This document shows, piece by piece, positions 62,266 through 64,000 of a stretch of 64,000 nucleotides of DNA. The translations under genes were made by a program, and so were the position numbers. Under the pieces are notes generated by a model. That model was not told the origin of the DNA. It did no database searches and saw only the letters and a list, made by a program, of their open reading frames with translations. Each line of letters opens with the position of its first letter. The stretch's first letter is position 1. Origin of the DNA: Macrostomum hystrix (lineage: Eukaryota; Animalia; Platyhelminthes); assembly GCA_950097015.1 (NCBI GenBank), contig CATNEN010000039.1:7688001-7752000 (forward strand). The letters run 5' to 3'.

Positions 62266-62913
62266 GTCGAGCAGGGTGAGTCCAAGCAGCAGCCCGAGTC
62301 AGTTGAAGATTCGAGCCCCTCGGAGGATGCACTGGTCAAGTCTCCGTCGATACGTGACGATGAGCGCATTGCTGTGGAAGTTGACGAGGAGCTCAGCGAA
62401 GAAATGATCGAGTTTAACCAGGAGGAGTTTGACGATCTGGAGTACGCCGCGGAAGGCGGATGCGCGAAGAGAGTTGATGGCTGCATGCACGGCTTCCAGA
62501 GTAAACTGTCTGCCGCCACGCCGGTGATAAAGTACATCCTGATTGCCCTGCTTGTGGCTGGATATTTCGCCTACTTCGGCTACGCAATGCACTGCAAATT
62601 CGGCGACGAAGGCAGCCTCCGGCTGCTCTGGCTGACCTGCACCGTTGTCTTCTTTGTCGGCGTTTACTTCTTCAAGAGATTCTGGGGCGAGAAGTTCTAC
62701 AATGCCGTGCTGGCAGCTCCCGCTGACGCCTGCAGCCGCTTCATTGACAGGCACTCCACCTTGGTGTACATTGTGGGAACAGTGGCGTTTCTCATCTATT
62801 TCTTCGGAGTCATCATCGGCATCGGCAGTCAGAACAGCGGCAATTTGATCTCCGGCATCGGGGTCATCAGCATCATCCTCATCACGCTGATTCTTTCAGC
62901 CCATCCAACCAGG
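62266..62913 (+). CDS. Exon of an SLC28/CNT concentrative nucleoside transporter (N-terminal TM region); probable start ATG at 59661-59663; gene continues to the right
   Basis: 648-nt open exon between TTTAATCAG| and |GTGAGT. TM segments and NLISGIGV..II.I..ILS.HP.R(V) match the CNT N-terminal motif. An upstream ATG|GTGAGT is phase compatible. Confidence 0.75.
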
Positions 62914-63469
62914 GTGAGTTGGTCTATGGGGGACAATCCGTCATCCTCATCCTGATCAATCCATGATCCTTCAGGGCATCTATATGAGCCACTGATCCAT
63001 AAGGGCATATTTTTATAGCACCAATTTTCTTCAGCGTGTCGGTCATTAATGATTACTTATCATCTAAATGATGAGTCATTGCTTTATGCGATCATTGATC
63101 ATAAAAATCATCGAACTTATTTTTAGTGTTTTGTGTGGTCTTATCATTTGATAAGGCTGATGAAGTAAAGTACATCAAGCAGTGCCTCCCACGTATTTCT
63201 CTGTCCTATATGGGATTTGACAGGAGCTTTATCACACCCACACCGCGAAATAAATGCAGTGCTCTATTTTATCGAATTCACCCATTCCGGATGTCCTGGA
63301 TACACTTACAGATATACCCTCATCTGTGGCATCCATAATCATACTTACAATGAGCATATAACTGCCTCACAGACTGTCTGAAAGTCTTACGTAAGACCAA
63401 GCAGTCTAAAATTTTACGGGTAATTTACATAATCGTGTCCACGAGCTTAACGTCCTGTCTAACACCCTG

Positions 63470-64000
63470 AATAACAGTCTAATATAGTGTACAGTCTTAA
63501 ACGTGTCTAACAGTCTAAAATCATGTCTAGCAGTTTAACATCATGTCTAGCAGTCTAACATCATGTCTAACAGTCTAACATCATATTGAGCATTCTAACA
63601 TCATGTCTAGCAGTTTCACATCATGTCTAGCAGTCTAACATCATGTCTAGCAGTCTAACATCATGTCTAACAGTCTAACATCATGTCTAGCAGTCTAACA
63701 TCATGTCTAACAGTCTAACATCATGTCTAGCAGTCTAACATCATGTCTAACAGTCTAACATCATGTCTAACAGTCTAACATCATGTCTAACAGTCTAAAA
63801 TCATGTCTAGCAGTCTAACATCATGTCTAACAGTCTAACATCATATTGAGCATTCTAACATCATGTCTAGCAGTTTCACATCATGTCTAGCAGTCTAACA
63901 TCATGTCTAGCAGTTTAACATCATGTCTAACAGTCTAACATCATGTCTAACAGTCTAACATCATGTCTAGCAGTCTAACATCATATTTAGCAGTCTAACA
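63470..64000. repeat. 20-bp satellite (TCATGTCTA[A/G]CAGTCTAACA), running off the window end
   Basis: Directly visible. Confidence 0.96.

Overview
Repeat-rich animal genomic DNA with spliceosomal introns, not prokaryotic. A spliced-leader-like 44-mer suggests a macrostomid flatworm such as Macrostomum (inference; the leader sequence is recalled, not looked up). From left to right: (1) a triple nest of LTR retrotransposons, with an intact BEL/Pao element in the 5' UTR of an intact-ORF Ty3/Gypsy element, itself inserted in an older gag; (2) a 2.25-kb 20-bp satellite; (3) a 7-exon FBXO16-like F-box gene with a Lys/Asp repeat tail, missed by the ORF track; (4) an LTR plus tRNA-Lys PBS carrying a near-perfect copy of the flatworm trans-splicing leader, the most striking observation; (5) a 3-exon globin; (6) a BMI1/PCGF-like Polycomb gene whose intron is a 36-bp minisatellite; (7) four intronless secreted C-type-lectin genes with divergent lectin domains and a near-identical C-terminal module; (8) three defective Tc1/IS630 elements; (9) a Crypton-type tyrosine-recombinase transposon next to a lox-like palindrome; (10) a MITE, tRNA-derived SINEs, solo LTRs, a recent TRIM-like element and several minisatellites; (11) the start of an SLC28 nucleoside transporter gene. 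All coordinates were read by eye and no database searches were run.
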